A program made the position numbers and the translations under genes. A stretch of DNA of 63,772 nucleotides, counting the filler, from Choristocarpus tenellus KU-1152 (taxonomy: Eukaryota; Protista; Phaeophyceae), in the NCBI GenBank assembly GCA_964200185.2. It is 12 parts of 12 records of this genome, joined end to end, with 100 filler letters (N's around TTAATTAATTAA, not from the genome) between each part and the next. Parts side by side here need not be neighbours in the genome. Positions count along the whole stretch, not along the records: positions 29,266 to 37,924 come from CAXNAD020004467.1; positions 38,025 to 46,679 come from CAXNAD020004473.1; positions 46,780 to 53,438 come from CAXNAD020007630.1; 9 more parts are not named here. One strand, 5' to 3'. The notes under the pieces are model-generated. The model did not search any database, was not told the DNA's origin, and saw nothing but the letters and a program-made list of their open reading frames with translations. Positions 37,737 through 51,245 of the stretch are shown piece by piece (the first letter of the stretch is position 1; the number at the start of each line of letters is the position of its first letter).

Positions 37737-40258
37737 CTGCCACAGGAAAAAATAATTCGATCCGTGGGGGGACAGCAGAGAGTCAAGAGTGTGAGCTGAT
37801 GATAATGGTCAAGTAGTTATGTGGTGTTGATGATTATGTTTGCGTTTGGAAGTGTCTCACACGAAGAGAGTACACAATCACAATCGCAATGCCGAACCCC
37901 CCCCCCCCCCCACCCCCCCCCCCCNNNNNNNNNNNNNNNNNNNNNNNNNNNNNNNNNNNNNNNNNNNNTTAATTAATTAANNNNNNNNNNNNNNNNNNNN
38001 NNNNNNNNNNNNNNNNNNNNNNNNCCCCCAAGATACTTTGACCCTTGGTTGACTCACTTGTTAGGGCCTAAAAAATAGAAAAAAATATTATCTCCAATTA
38101 TTGAGCTGCACATATCCGTAGGGTATGCAGGCGCATCTTGGTGTGTCTGCCGGTTAGAACTCAGTATATCTGGCAGTGTTACTACTCATGTTCTACTTGC
38201 CCTGCTTCCTGTTGTAGCAAATGTGTTGAATATATTTTAAACTTGAGTCAAGTCACTTGAGTATGTATCTCCACAGTCCACAAACTTCTCCTGATTCCAG
38301 AGTGCAAATGAATCTGTTTTTCAAGTTGTATCACTGAGCATAATCCCAAGTAGTTGTATCCATATGACACCACAACACCCTTCGCTGCAAACTCCATGAA
38401 GCATCAACAGTATATCCAAGGGGATCCTAAGGAATACCCCCTTGACAGTTTATACGATATCAGTTGACTCTGTTCTCTCTTGTGGGCTTGTGGGCAGAGG
38501 GTTAACAACACAGAAAATACACAAATGTATTACAACCTCTCCCACCAAAGAACTGTAAGTATTCATGCACTGATGCTCTCCTACTGATAATTGCTCACCT
38601 GTAAGCACACAAAATTAGTTGCACATGCACGGAGGATGATTTCACGTATTTTCTGGCATGCAACCTCACGATCATGCTTGTGACTGTCTGATGGGCAAAT
38701 GCCTGGATAACGCCCAAGGAGAACCGAACCTGGGATTAACCTGTCAAGAGAAACAAGAGAAATCAAGGAAATGCCGAGGGGAGATTGAGTGGGCACAATA
38801 TCATACATCTTGTACAGAATAAAACATCTTAAATATATCTCGAAGAAGTCTAGATCTCGTCATCAACCAGAGTACAAAGACTACAGAGACTGACTAGACT
38901 GGTTGTGGTCATGTTGGGAATGTGGTTGAGTGTTGAGAAAGGACCTTTCTGGTGCTTGCTAGCACAGTCAGCAGTTACATGGAGCATCATGATCCATTCC
39001 TTGCTGGACTAAGGTCTACGGGATGGAATTTGCGGTCCCCGCTGGTTCCCTCCTGGACAACAAGTGGATAGGGAGCCTTATGGAAGGAACCTCTCCTTCT
39101 GTATAAACCGTTCAGAAACTCCACCTACCGAAGTCTTCGACTTTACCCCAAGAAGCATACGACAGGCTATGCTATAGTAGCTATATATCCGTTCCTGCTA
39201 TCACGATTTTGTCGCCCTTTCTGTGCAGGTGTTCAACACACGTGGTACATGTATTGGATAACCTAAGGACAAAAAGTTACTACACACAATCATAGCGACA
39301 ATCAATCTGCCAGGCCCTCCATAAAAATAAAAGTGGGCATCTATCAACCGCAAGCACCAAGTGGCCTCGCCCTGCTCTTGACTAGAAAGCCGAATCTCAC
39401 CAGTTGGCGTCTGACGAAAAGTAGTGAGTACTCCGAACTGCCTCGCGATCTTTGAGGTCGACAAGAGGGGGAAGCATGATGTCCCTGCACAAGATGCATT
39501 CCAATATTATAAAGGAAGGACGGTGGCACGTTCATTACAAATTACGCAAACTAAGGTACTTGGAGACCAAGCATTCAATCTTGACATAAACACGGTTGAA
39601 CACTGTCACTCGATGTATGTAAAGTAGATCTTCAACTCAACGTTCTCACAGTAAAGGGAATACAGGGCAAATGCCATTCCAAATTAAGATACGTTTCAGA
39701 GAAAGCAAGAGGGGAAAGAGACAAGAAAAGAGAGAGATTACTTTTATATTTGTAGAGAAAATCTCACCTCCTCAAAAGTATCTTCACGATCAGATTTAGC
39801 TAAGGAAACTGGGGTAGAAGTTGACGAAATTTGTTAAGGTACTCAACTTGACGTGGTCGTGGCCACCTTGTAGATGAGGCCAAATGCCTATGAGGCAACT
39901 GGCATATAATACACGAGATGGAAGCGAATCTGGGAATGTCAACAACGGAGTTGATGGCGGCGAGCATTCAAGATGTAAGGGATGTTGAGTGAGTTGAGTG
40001 ATGGAAGAGAGAGTTGAAAAATAGATGCCCTTTTTTGGTAGGTATATTGATGTATGATACATATTAATAGTATAATATGGAGTTGGATTGTTGGAGGGTT
40101 ATACCTTGGAGGATTTTGGGACAGATAGGTCGTTGTGTGAAGTGCAACCTTGCCCTCGCAATCTATCAAAGGTGATTGGTGCATTCAGAATCCTCACATT
40201 CCACACGTATACTTCCTGTCTGCAGGGGAGTCCAGGTGGTTGCACAATGACACCCAGA

Positions 40259-40818
40259 CACCAGGTTCGGTGAACTCCCCCTCTTGCGAACTCGATCCAC
40301 TATCACAAAGTCCCCAACAGCAAAGTTGGCATCTGCCCCTTGCTGGTCGCCCGGCGTTGTCGAGCACGGTTTTGTTGTACTCACCTCAAGACTTTTCTGT
40401 GCAATTCCTCCTGTGCCTTAGAAGCTCATGCATCATTTCTCTCATGCGCTCTCGACGAACGGCCACTTCTTACCATGAACCACCCAAACTTGCCATTGTG
40501 GACAATGCTGTGAGGGAGCTCTCCCATACATTACTCGGTAAGATGTAGACTCAAATCGCTCGTGGTCAGCAGTGTTCACAGTGGCGAGTTTGGGTGGTTT
40601 ATGGTCAGAAGTGGCCGTAAGTCAAGAACACATGAGAGAAATGATACAAGAGATTCTGAGACACAGGAGGAATTGCACAGAAAAGTCTTGAGGCGAGTAC
40701 AACAAAACCATGCTCGACAACGCCGGGCGACCAGCAAGGGGCAGATGCTAACTTTGCTGTTGGGGACTTTGTGATAGTGGATCGAGTTCGCAAGAGAGGG
40801 AGTACACTGAAGCCGGTG
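40259..40818. mobile_element. Two Ty3/Gypsy post-integrase fragments forming a long inverted repeat
   Basis: Arms 40259-40510 and 40567-40818. Both encode decayed QEELHRKVLRRVQQN.ARQRRATSKGQM/NFAVGDFVIVDRVRKRGS, the Gypsy GPY/F-region pattern. Confidence 0.85.
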
Positions 40819-40874
40819 AGTAGGAGTTCAGATATTTGTTTCATGGTGAACCTATCAAGTTGGGAATAATCTGA

Positions 40875-41029
40875 GGCTCAAAGTATCTGGGAGAAGGTGG
40901 TGGCTATCCATTTGGGGTCAATTTTTTCATGTCGAGATTTTGGGGTGATTTGGTTTCAGAACTCGGATGGATAATGAAAATGCACTTTTCCCTGGTGTAG
41001 ACCCCCCCCCCCCCCAGATACTTTGGATC
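40875..41029 (+). mobile_element. G-tract MITE (family D, PIF/Harbinger-like), TSD TGA
   Basis: TIRs GGCTCAAAGTATCTGGG ... CCCAGATACTTTGGATC, with TGA on both flanks. Confidence 0.92.
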
Positions 41030-44000
41030 TGAACCCGATGACGCCCAATGAAAAGTCAACAGCTTCTTCTATGTGATAACTGGAAACTGTACATAGCGCC
41101 CTTCGCCCTCAGATCCACACAATTCAAAGTCATTCACGTAAAATGCAAGTGGCCCTGGACAGGGTACCACAATTGGGGTGCTGAGGACTGTGCAACAGAC
41201 TAGATCATGGGGAAACGAAAGTTTGGATAGAACATGGGCAAGGGGCCGAATGTGCAAAAGGGGAAGAAAACAGAGACCGCGTTGCTAGCCTTGAGTGGAG
41301 CTGCCAAATAAATGTGCTCAGATAAAGAAGTTGAAGCTGAAGATGACCGAGGAGGATGAAGACAGCGAGCTGGGGGAGGCGAACATTATTGCTCCCCGTG
41401 GGATTGAGGATAATGTTTTTGAGTGTTAAGAGATTTTAAGGATGGTGTAGAAGAGAAAGATGAAGAGCAGGAGGAGGATGTAAACGAAGAGGTGGATAGA
41501 AAGATGGCAGCCCATGTAGAGATTTAAGTAAGTAATGAGCTGCATAAGCACAAAACACTTCAATGCTTCAATTCTTCAGTGAGACGAACATTAATGAACA
41601 AGGACTGGAAGGCCGGACTCACACCATGACATGAAGGGATATGTAAGCAGAATGCAACAAGTATCTGTGCTCTCTTTCGCCTTCATGCTTGGTTTCCCAA
41701 ATACCCTCAAAGCACATCGCCGTGACACAGACATTAGTAAGTGCTGTATTTCTCGAGTCCTGTATCAATCCCAACAGTATCACCTCTATCCATATAAGCG
41801 TCTTAACATACAGTCTCTGCCATTATGTTTCCTCATGTGAAGTCATAAAATAGAGCTGCTTTTTCCAACAACGTGAAATTCCACCCCATTCCAACAATCT
41901 CACTACACAAGTAGCTTCATATCATGATCTACCTATCGAAAATCCATTTTTTTCCCCGTTTATATCACTACGTGCCCCTTGCCCTCAGCATTCACCTCAT
42001 ATATATTCAATCCGTTTCGACCAAGAATTGCAAGAGGTATGACCATATGCCTACGTGTTTATCTACTTACTCCCTTAATCTTAAACCTATATATATATAT
42101 ACTACTCAACCACGATATGGAACTCCTAAAATCTTGCTCTTCCTCTTTTGCCCTTACTCTATAAAAAAAATGCATTAAACAGACCAAAGAGGTGTCTAAC
42201 CCTAAGCTCAGTCCTAAAGCACCTCCTAGTCCTCGTTATTCATTTTTTAAAAACTATAGTGAATACACACGTAGCGAAATTCATTCCCCATAATAATATT
42301 AGGATAATTAAGCCCTTTGTCATTTTGCAGAGGGAAAAGATCAAAATCTAGGCTACAGAAGCTTTCTATACAAGAGTGATCACTTTCAAAAGATTTCATA
42401 AAAAGAAAATTGAGAGCCAAAGTAACGGAGGTGTAGACAAGGTTGAATTTAGAGAATCCCAACAAATGGCAATAAAACGCCATTTTGTAGGATTGCAAAA
42501 CGAGTCATTGCTGAAATGTTTTTCACTATATATGCAGAAGGGGGGAATATCAATTTGTGCATACTGTTGTATATATAAAGCAATGAAATAGGGCGTATTG
42601 CACATGATAAGAAAGATTGGTTAAAATCCAAAAGAGCCCAAATCTGCCAACCTCTCAATTACTTCGAGTCTAGACTATACACAAGACCCCCTAGGAGGAT
42701 GGTGTTGCCCTTGAACCGATGTTACAGTGCCATAAGCAGTGTTGTCCGTTATCATAACGTTGTTGCCTTACACCATATGCTTTCATACGGCTTGAGGTTA
42801 CTTGTCAGGAACCGTGGACTCTGTTGAGCAGAAGATATTCAGTGAGACAGAGTCCATGCAATCTCTTCTTCAAGAGGCCAGTCCCAAAGGTGGATTATCT
42901 TCATTCAAAGATACTAAGAGCCGAGGGATTCCTTTTGGAGTCACCTCCTGTAATTAGGAAGATTATCTCGTCAGCCCTCACTCTCCACACTTGTCCTTGT
43001 CCAACTTTACTTTTTCCTCTCGGTTACAATTCATCTTGGTCTGTCTGGTCTATCTTGCCTGGTGATTTTTTTCTCGGCCCTTACTTTCTTGTCTGGGTTA
43101 ACCACTCCACCACAAACATAACTCCGTAATGTTAGGTATACTTTGATTGATTGATTTGTTTTTGCTCAAATCGAAGTTCTCGATTAATTGCATATACATT
43201 TGTTCTGCTGTTCCCCTCATTTATTTATTCCACTCCTTACACTTCCACAGGTCAATCCACCAACTTCATTCCACCTCTAAGAACCATTCCAATGCCAATC
43301 CTCCAATTTGTTTCCTTCCATCCAACTCTAAACTTAGCGTGTAATACCAACAACATCATCCTATCTCAGCATATCCGCTCTCCAAACCAACACTACTGTC
43401 ATTCAGTATATTATCTCATCTCCATACTAATCCTCTCACCATTAGTATATTATATATATATATATGTACTCTCCAAACAATGCCGGTATCTGCTGTATAA
43501 TATCCACTCTCCAAGCACTGCGCATTCATCTTTTCCACATTACTTCTCTACTCCACACTCATCCAGCTCCACACCACGCTCACTGAACCTTTGAAGTAGA
43601 AGACATCTTCCATGTCCGAGCCTAGCCCCCCCAGTAAGTGCATATTGGATGAGGATTATACCTAGTTCCTAAAGATCACCTCTTGCCCAGACTGCACCGA
43701 ATCTTTGCTTTCTTCTGCCAATACTAAGCCCTGTTGACACTCACACTGAGTTCCTCTGATTAGCTCGGACCTACACCATGAAGTCCCTACATCTCCACCT
43801 CCCCTCCACGAATGGTTATCTCAGGTGTACCCATTGTGGATATCCTGGTCGCCCCTCCTATCCCCCCAGAGTATCAGTCCTTCCTGGCCCAGGGATTGCT
43901 CCTGAAACGTGGCCATGTGGCCTTTAAAAGGTGTTAAAGATCAGCCTAATGATGGGGACAACAAACCAAGGCTCTACTGTTTAGAAATTGTTGAGGGATG

Positions 44001-44399
44001 ATGGAAAGGATAGAAGGGGAGGAAACGGGGGTGCTGATGTGGATTATGGGTGGGCTGGAGATGTTAGGGGGTTAGTGTTTACTCGTAGAACACATACCAG
44101 GATAGAATAATATGTTGATAAATGACATTGTTGGGTGGAAATGTGAACAAGACCCAGACGCCCTCCCCTCCCCTTTACTCCTAGAAGCTAGAGACGCAAT
44201 TGTTACCATTCCCAACAATTAATTGAAGTAGTCAGTATGTTTCTAGAAATTCCTTTCGTGGTTCCCTTCACAATGCTTAACTCACATCTCTCTTAATGAT
44301 ATCCGGTAAGTCACACCCCCACCATCTCCTCGTTCCTATATTGTACCCCCTTTACGACTCACTGTAAAGGATGCATTGGAGGAAAGGGGGGTAGTCACT

Positions 44400-44540
44400 G
44401 GCGGGCATAGAATGGAATTCATAAAGAGGGGCACTCAAATTATCCCCGACCTCTGACAGTCCCCACTCCACGAACATCGATAAGTCGTCACGAGAGTCTT
44501 CCCCTATCCTGACACGACTATTGCTTGAACCCATCTCTGC
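44400..44540 (-). mobile_element. Highly decayed LINE reverse-transcriptase remnant (element may extend over about 42000-44800)
   Basis: SRVRIGEDSRDDLSMFVEWGLSEVGDNLSAPLYEF resembles S.VR.G..S..F...G..QG..LSP.LF. Confidence 0.35.
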
Positions 44541-45763
44541 AATTTGTCATATCAGAAAGAAACCATTGCTGAAATTACTTTCAGTATGCTCCCCCCCCTT
44601 CTCTATTTTCTCCTCCCAATGTTTCCACAGCTACCTTTTCCAAGCCCTTTTCTAGGCCAACCAATGTCCTTACTTTTCGTTTTCCATATCTTTCCTTTCG
44701 ATCAAATTTAATATTTCTCTCAATATATCCTTATTCTACTCCTCTTTCCCCTTTTCTAAACACCAGAATTTCAAGCAATTCACAAATCAGCAACCATCCA
44801 TTTCTCCCACACGTAAAACTTAGATTACTTCAAAATCTTATAATTAGTTTTCACACGTTAGTTCAAAGTTTGATGCAGTGATGCTGAGAAAAATAACACA
44901 GATAATGTCAAGGAGACGGAAGCAACATACAACATCCTTCCAACCCATCGTCATAAAAGCAATGTAAAGAGAGAAAAAGAAATAGGACCTTTGAGCCAAA
45001 AAGGCAGGTCCATCAGTCAAGTCCAACTGAGAATTTAATTAACAGAAAGAAGATCAAAATTCAAGCATGAGCTCAAGGTCAAGTTTAGCGTTTGAAGTGT
45101 AGTCACATACGATCCAGCTAATGAGAGTCATTCACAATGAGCTCAAAGAAACAAGAATCACTCGAGAGGGTCCCAAAGACATTGTATCATCTACAAGAGA
45201 CAAGAAATAGTAAGGTAACAATTGTAGGCACCTCACCTACGGTCGGTCTACCACTACAAGAACTCTCCTCTGAGTAGGTTTGGAGCATATGCTTGGATAG
45301 CTTGATCAGTTATTTGAGACTATCGTTACTCAAGAGGATCTGAGACAGACACAAAGACATTTTGCCTAGACCTGGAACTGAGGATCCACGGCGATACATT
45401 GGTGAATGAAGAGGAGGACTACTGGCAATATTCTCCATGGGAGAATTGCCCCTAGATATGTCCTTGGACTCGGAAAAAACAGGAAAGATCCTTGGTGAAA
45501 TTGTCTATTTGAGACGTATTATAAGGAGATGTCTCTCAGCCTCAGCAAGTGCAAGCAATAAGGTCCTGAGTGAGATCCGAGATGTGCCACGAGAGGCGTC
45601 CCTTAGATCTGGTCTCCGCATTGTTATATTTTATTTTATGCCCTCTGACATTTTGCAGATGTGTCAAGGGAAAAGCCAGACCAATATCACAAGGGTCCCC
45701 GTAAAAGATATAGTTATAAATGTGAAAGATACCTCTCTAATAAACCATTGTTATTGCTACTAT

Positions 45764-46195
45764 TGTGGAAAGCAGGATTGTCCGTTGTCATAACTTTATT
45801 GCCATATGACATACACTGTCTACCTATTGAGGTTCCTTGTCAGGAATGCCGGATTCCCGTAGAAGATATTCCTTACGATTGAGGACGGGAATTCTTCCAA
45901 GAAACTAATACTCCAAGTAGTGGACATCTCTTCAATCAAAGATGTGAAACATCAAAGATCCTATTTGCTGTTTCGTCTTGACTTTCTCATGATCCCCCTC
46001 TCATGAGATTCTCATTACTCTACAATTTCTGCAAGTCCCTGCAGTCTTTGTATTTGTCCGACCTTAGCCTCATCCTGTCAGTTATGGTTCTTCTTGGTCT
46101 ATCTGCTCCGTCTTTGCCCGGTGATTCTCTTCGCCACCCTTGCCTGTGTGAACCACGCCCCCACAGAACAATATGATTCACATTGGTGACACTGG
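45764..46195 (+). mobile_element. 5' LTR (419 bp) of family A followed by a primer-binding site
   Basis: TGTGGAAAGCA (45764) ... GATTCACA (46182), then T and TGGTGAC (46184), which is complementary to a tRNA-Trp-type 3' end. The element is cut by a family D MITE at 46351. Confidence 0.8.
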
Positions 46196-46350
46196 TGAAT
46201 TCAGGTATAGGGTGATAGGTGAAATTATTGTTCAACCACTGACCAAACATACCAAACGCAAAAACCAGAAGGAGAATATGTCGTCAAGAAGAACATCTTG
46301 CTGAACTTTGCGAGGAAGCAAAAGAAGAGGAGAAGAAGTCCGATGAGATA

Positions 46351-46597
46351 GACCTAAAGTATCTGGGGGNNNNNNNNNNAAAGTAAATAGTGTGTGCGGA
46401 TTTGGGGGAAAAAGAAAAAAAGGAGGAAGAGGGGACTGGGAAAATCGACTGAGGTGGGGGGGGGGGGGGGGGGGGATCTACACCAGGGTGTCCATTTGGA
46501 CCAAAACCAGGAAAAGTGTACTTTCATTATCCATCCGAAGTATGGAACCGAATCATCAAAAAATCGCGACATGAAACATTTGGCCCCAAATGGATAG

Positions 46598-46600
<3 letters not shown>
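46351..46600 (-). mobile_element. G-tract MITE family D, gapped or partial copy
   Basis: TIR GACCTAAAGTATCTGGGGG at 46351. Body CTACACCAGGGTGTCCATTTGG...AAAATCGCGACATGAAA...CCCCAAATGGA. Confidence 0.85.
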
Positions 46601-46634
<34 letters not shown>

Positions 46635-47107
46635 ACCCCACCCCCACACCCCACGCACCCCCGCCACCCACACCAGACCNNNNNNNNNNNNNNNNNNNNN
46701 NNNNNNNNNNNNNNNNNNNNNNNTTAATTAATTAANNNNNNNNNNNNNNNNNNNNNNNNNNNNNNNNNNNNNNNNNNNNCCCCCCCCAGATACTTTGAGC
46801 CATATTTTTTTTTTTGCATAGCAAACAGGAAAGGTGTGCACGAGGTGAGAGGATGGTGTATGTGTGGTGGATTTTGTTGATGGCTCGTTGTCAGTTGGGC
46901 TGCAAGTGTGTAAGATGTGGGAAGATGGAGATATAAGTAACCATCTACCTTTTGCAACTGAACAAGAGAGTCGAGCATATTTAAGGATCCACTTGTTTTG
47001 TGGAATTAACGTGTATTCTTATATATTTATGTGTTTTTTTTTTACATCCTTCTTATGTCCCTCCTGAAGTCTATTTTATTTTTTTCTCGTCCTTGCAGAT
47101 ATGTGAA

Positions 47108-47212
47108 TAGTAGTAGTAGTTAATAATAATAGTAGTAGTAATAATAAATAATAATAATAGTAGTAGTAGTAGTAATAATAATAATAATAGTAGTAGTAGT
47201 AGTAGTACTACT
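47108..47212. repeat. Compound (TAG)n/(TAA)n microsatellite
   Basis: Alternating TAG and TAA runs. Confidence 0.95.
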
Positions 47213-47881
47213 ACATGCATTTTTAATAATGTGATACATGGAGTAATAGATGGAGTTGCATTATGGGTGGTGTTTTGTGCAAAGTTAGTGTGAAAGAAGA
47301 TATTAATTATTGATACCTTGTGTTAACTTAGGGTCAATCGTTGACAAGAAGACTTAGGGTTAGGGTTAAGCGAATCGTCATGCAGACCCATTGTTCCCCT
47401 CGCATTTGATTGGGAACATCTTAATACCATGTGAAAGGGGGTGTTGTTGGACTTTATTGGCCTACGTGACTTTCTTGTGATACTATTGTTTTTGAGCACT
47501 GTGAAGGGCACGTCCAGGTAATGGAGTGTGTTTGTAGTTAATCTCCTTTTTTCTACAGCTACTCCATCCTAAGGGGGGTCAACTGGATTTTGATGGGGGC
47601 ATGGTGTACATAACACAAGTTTCTAAGATGCCAGTGAGCGCAAGAGGGTGAAATTTATCTCCTCTTCAATGAATTTACTCCCAGCAAACATCAATTGCAT
47701 TATCAACTAATGGTGATGATGACGATGATGTTGGCGATAATAGTAAGATAATACAATTGTCAATAGTACTATCAGTACTATGATCAACAATATAACATCA
47801 ATACCATACCAATATCAATAATAATGCCAAGATCAATCATAACTGTAGTTCTTTTGCATTTTGAATCGTGGTATTTGGTAG

Positions 47882-50800
47882 GCACACAGGCGCGCAAGGA
47901 CAGAGATGAAGAAGTTTCTGGCCACAAGAAAATTCCCGGTGCAGGTTGGTGTTGTACGCGTTCATTCCCTTGGCAAGGTGAGAGGAATTGATGACATGAG
48001 ATGGGGATGGGGTTGGGGAATGTACTTGTGCTGGTGTAATAGTTGCTATTAACACAGTTGATGATTGTGAGTTTAGAGCGTGTTCCTGTCGTATAACATT
48101 TGTGTGCGATGGTTTTATTCCTGAGGTGGTATGGGGTCGCATTCTATATTTTGTGGTCATGTAGTGCACTATGCCTGTTATACGTTGGGGTGTCAGGACC
48201 GTTACTATGTGGCAATTTGGTGCTTCAAGTTGTTGCACTTGTACATTGTTTGATGTCTTTGGATGTACTATCGATAAAAGCTCGTCCAAGTTAAGAGTTT
48301 GAGGTGTAGGGATATACTCGAAATTTGTGTACTAGAGAGAGAGAGTTTGAAAGATGTGGATGTGCTTTGAAGTTTATGTACACGAGGTTTGAAAGATGTG
48401 GATGTGTACTTTGATGTGTACAACCTTCCATGTAGTTTGGTGTGTGTACCAAGTGCTCACTTACGAATGCATAAAATGTTATTTTTGACTCAAAGCATCT
48501 GGGGGGGGGGGGGGGTGGCGGCTGTCCATTTGACGTCAATTTTTTCATGTCGTGATTTTTGGATGATTTGGTTACATATGTCGGATGGATAATGTAAATG
48601 CAATTTTGCTGATTTTGACCCAAATGGACATTTGGTGTAGACCTCCCCCCCCCCCCAGATACTTCGGGTATTTTCAGTCTTTCATTATTTGAAGTCTTTG
48701 GTGTTGGTTGTTGCCCAGTGGCTGGAAGGAGAGGTTGGTATGTGCGCTGGCCCAAAGGCTTCAAATTTCATTCCCCTAGTTTTCCCTGTTTCTGCTGTGC
48801 ATAATTCTCCTAGTAAATGCAGTTACAATTTTCTATCTGGGAAGATGTTTGCATTGACTGCTAGAGTTGATGTTGTAAAATTCTTGAGCAGCTCACATGG
48901 GTCTTTGACAGACCTGAGCTTTGAATTGATACTGATGCACACGGCGAGTTCATTCAAGTAAAGTGGCTGAAAAAAGGATGTAGCTCTAACCCTAACCCTA
49001 TATAATAGGTAAAGTCTCTTTTTTCTGTACTTTTTGGATCATTTTTCGATTCTCGTAGCCCTCAATGGCGTCGTAGCGTACTATTGTTTTCTTTTTTTTG
49101 GCTGAAATAGTGGGGTCGTAAAACAACATATTTTCTGGACGTGAGTTGGATACCGTTGATGCATGGCTAGGTCGATAGCCTAAATGATATCGATACCGCC
49201 GTAGGCACTGTTGTAAAATGCACACGTCCTTTCATGACTGGACAACCTGGATTTTGTTCTGTTGAATAGGTAATAGGTCTTGGGTTTCTTGAGTAGAGAC
49301 GTTGATGAGTGAGATACTCGTACATTGGCATCACTCCTTTTTTGTATACTTTACAGCGGTTTTTATCTTTGTACAAATACAAAATAATACCAATGTGTTA
49401 CACGCATTTCTATTCTATTTTTTTTTTGCTCTAGTACTAGGGATGAACTAACACCCCTAGAATGTTTCGCGATATGTACAATTTTTTTAAGGTTAGGGTT
49501 GAGTCTTTTGACCATTTTTTTTTTTTGGCTGTGTATCGAATGCAGTTACACGATATAGGAAGGGTTAATAATGGATTTGGAGTTGATTCAGCCCTCTTAT
49601 TGGTCGGGTATGTTTGATGTCCTCTGTAACTAGACCTGCCTACCTTTGGGCAGTTCGGTTAGCTTGAAAATCAAGTTTTGTTGAGAAAATGGGAATGCTG
49701 ACACAATTATTATCGATTTTAATCCTTTCGACTTGGTGTATTTATTGTTGTGTAGTCTAGATAGTCTCGATACTTTCTCTGTCAAGGACAGCCTTAAGTC
49801 TGATTTTTTACCTTGAATTTTGGGAACCGTTCCCTGCAATTTACTAGACCCTTGCTTCAATGTTTCCCCCGCCCCCACCCCCACCCCTGACTCTGTGCAT
49901 GTACATGTTTTTTTCAAATTTGTTTTAACGCTGTTGTGCCTGTATCTTCTTGGTTTCTTGTGTGGTGGGTTTTATTAAAAATGACACATTAACCAAAAAA
50001 AAATGTGTAGTTGTGAAATTTCTAAACATACATCGTAAAATATCTATATATATAGATATATATCATTATTTTTTTCTTTGTTCATTCAAAATTAAATTAA
50101 TTACATGGTATTTCCTTTTTTTTGTGTGTGTGTGTGTTAATTTGATGTATAATTTAAAATCCGCTAAAAAAAAAGATAAAACCCAGGGGAGGGTACCACA
50201 CTCGAGAAAGGCTAGTTCCCATTGGATTCCGTGCGTCTCGCCTTGAGCACTCACGACGTCATGACAGCGTCGTGCACTGCTTCTTGGAGATCATTGAGGA
50301 GCCAGTGATACCAGCACAGGAATTAACAGCTCAAACACCAGGTGGACAAGGTGGGGGGGCAACAGGAAAGCTTGGTGGAGAAGGGGTAGGGGCAGGTACA
50401 TCGTTACTGGACAATGGCGATGGGTTTACGGACCTTGGGAAGGCGAAAGGAGATTTGGTGGGAGGGGGTGCTGGCGAAGTGGGTGCAGATACAGCAGTGC
50501 ATTCTTCACAAGGGAGTCTTTTGGGTGTGGAGGTGAGTTTGTGAGGTCCTGCTTGGGGAAGGCTGAGGGTAAGGTGTAGGTTAGGTTGGCATTGAGAGGG
50601 TCATTGGGTTGGATTTTTCTTGAGGTTTTGGTAATGAAGGTGGTTAATATTTCTAGTTTTTTTTGTTGTTGTGTGTGTAGATATATTTTTTTTGCTTGTT
50701 TGCCATTGTTGCATCCATTTGATTTTTGATATATTTTTGTTACCGCAGGATGAAATATGATGTGTGATGTATGATCTGATAGTGATGAAATATGAAATAT

Positions 50801-51203
50801 GATGTATGAAATATGATGTATGATATATGATGTGATAGTGATGAAATATGATGTATGATATATGAAATATGATGTATGATGTATGTTGTGATAGTGAAGA
50901 GTACAAGAAAGTGAAGGAAAATATGGGACGGTGGAGGGTATATGGGGCAGGAAAAGGTACGGGAGGGAATAGGATAATGTAAGACTGTAAAGGGTACAAG
51001 TATGGTGATGAAGCCTATAGGAGAGTGATGGGGAATGGAAAGATAACTTCAAATAGAATTATGTAAGAATGGGCCAGGAGCTTTCTATGTACTCTGTTTG
51101 AATTGGAAGAACACATACTGTGTGGAAATAAAAAAAAGAACGAAGAAAGTATGAGACAATAAAAAAGGAGATTTACATGGAAAAACATGCAGTTGGCAAT
51201 AAT

Positions 51204-51245
<42 letters not shown>

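Noticed and set aside
45098-45763. Possible solo LTR of a second family (TG start, TATA-like and AATAAA motifs)
   Set aside because: No clean CA end, TSD or second copy in the window.
50426-51052. 208-aa and 132-aa His/Ile/Tyr-rich ORFs
   Set aside because: They are translations of an intronic minisatellite, antisense to the FYR gene.
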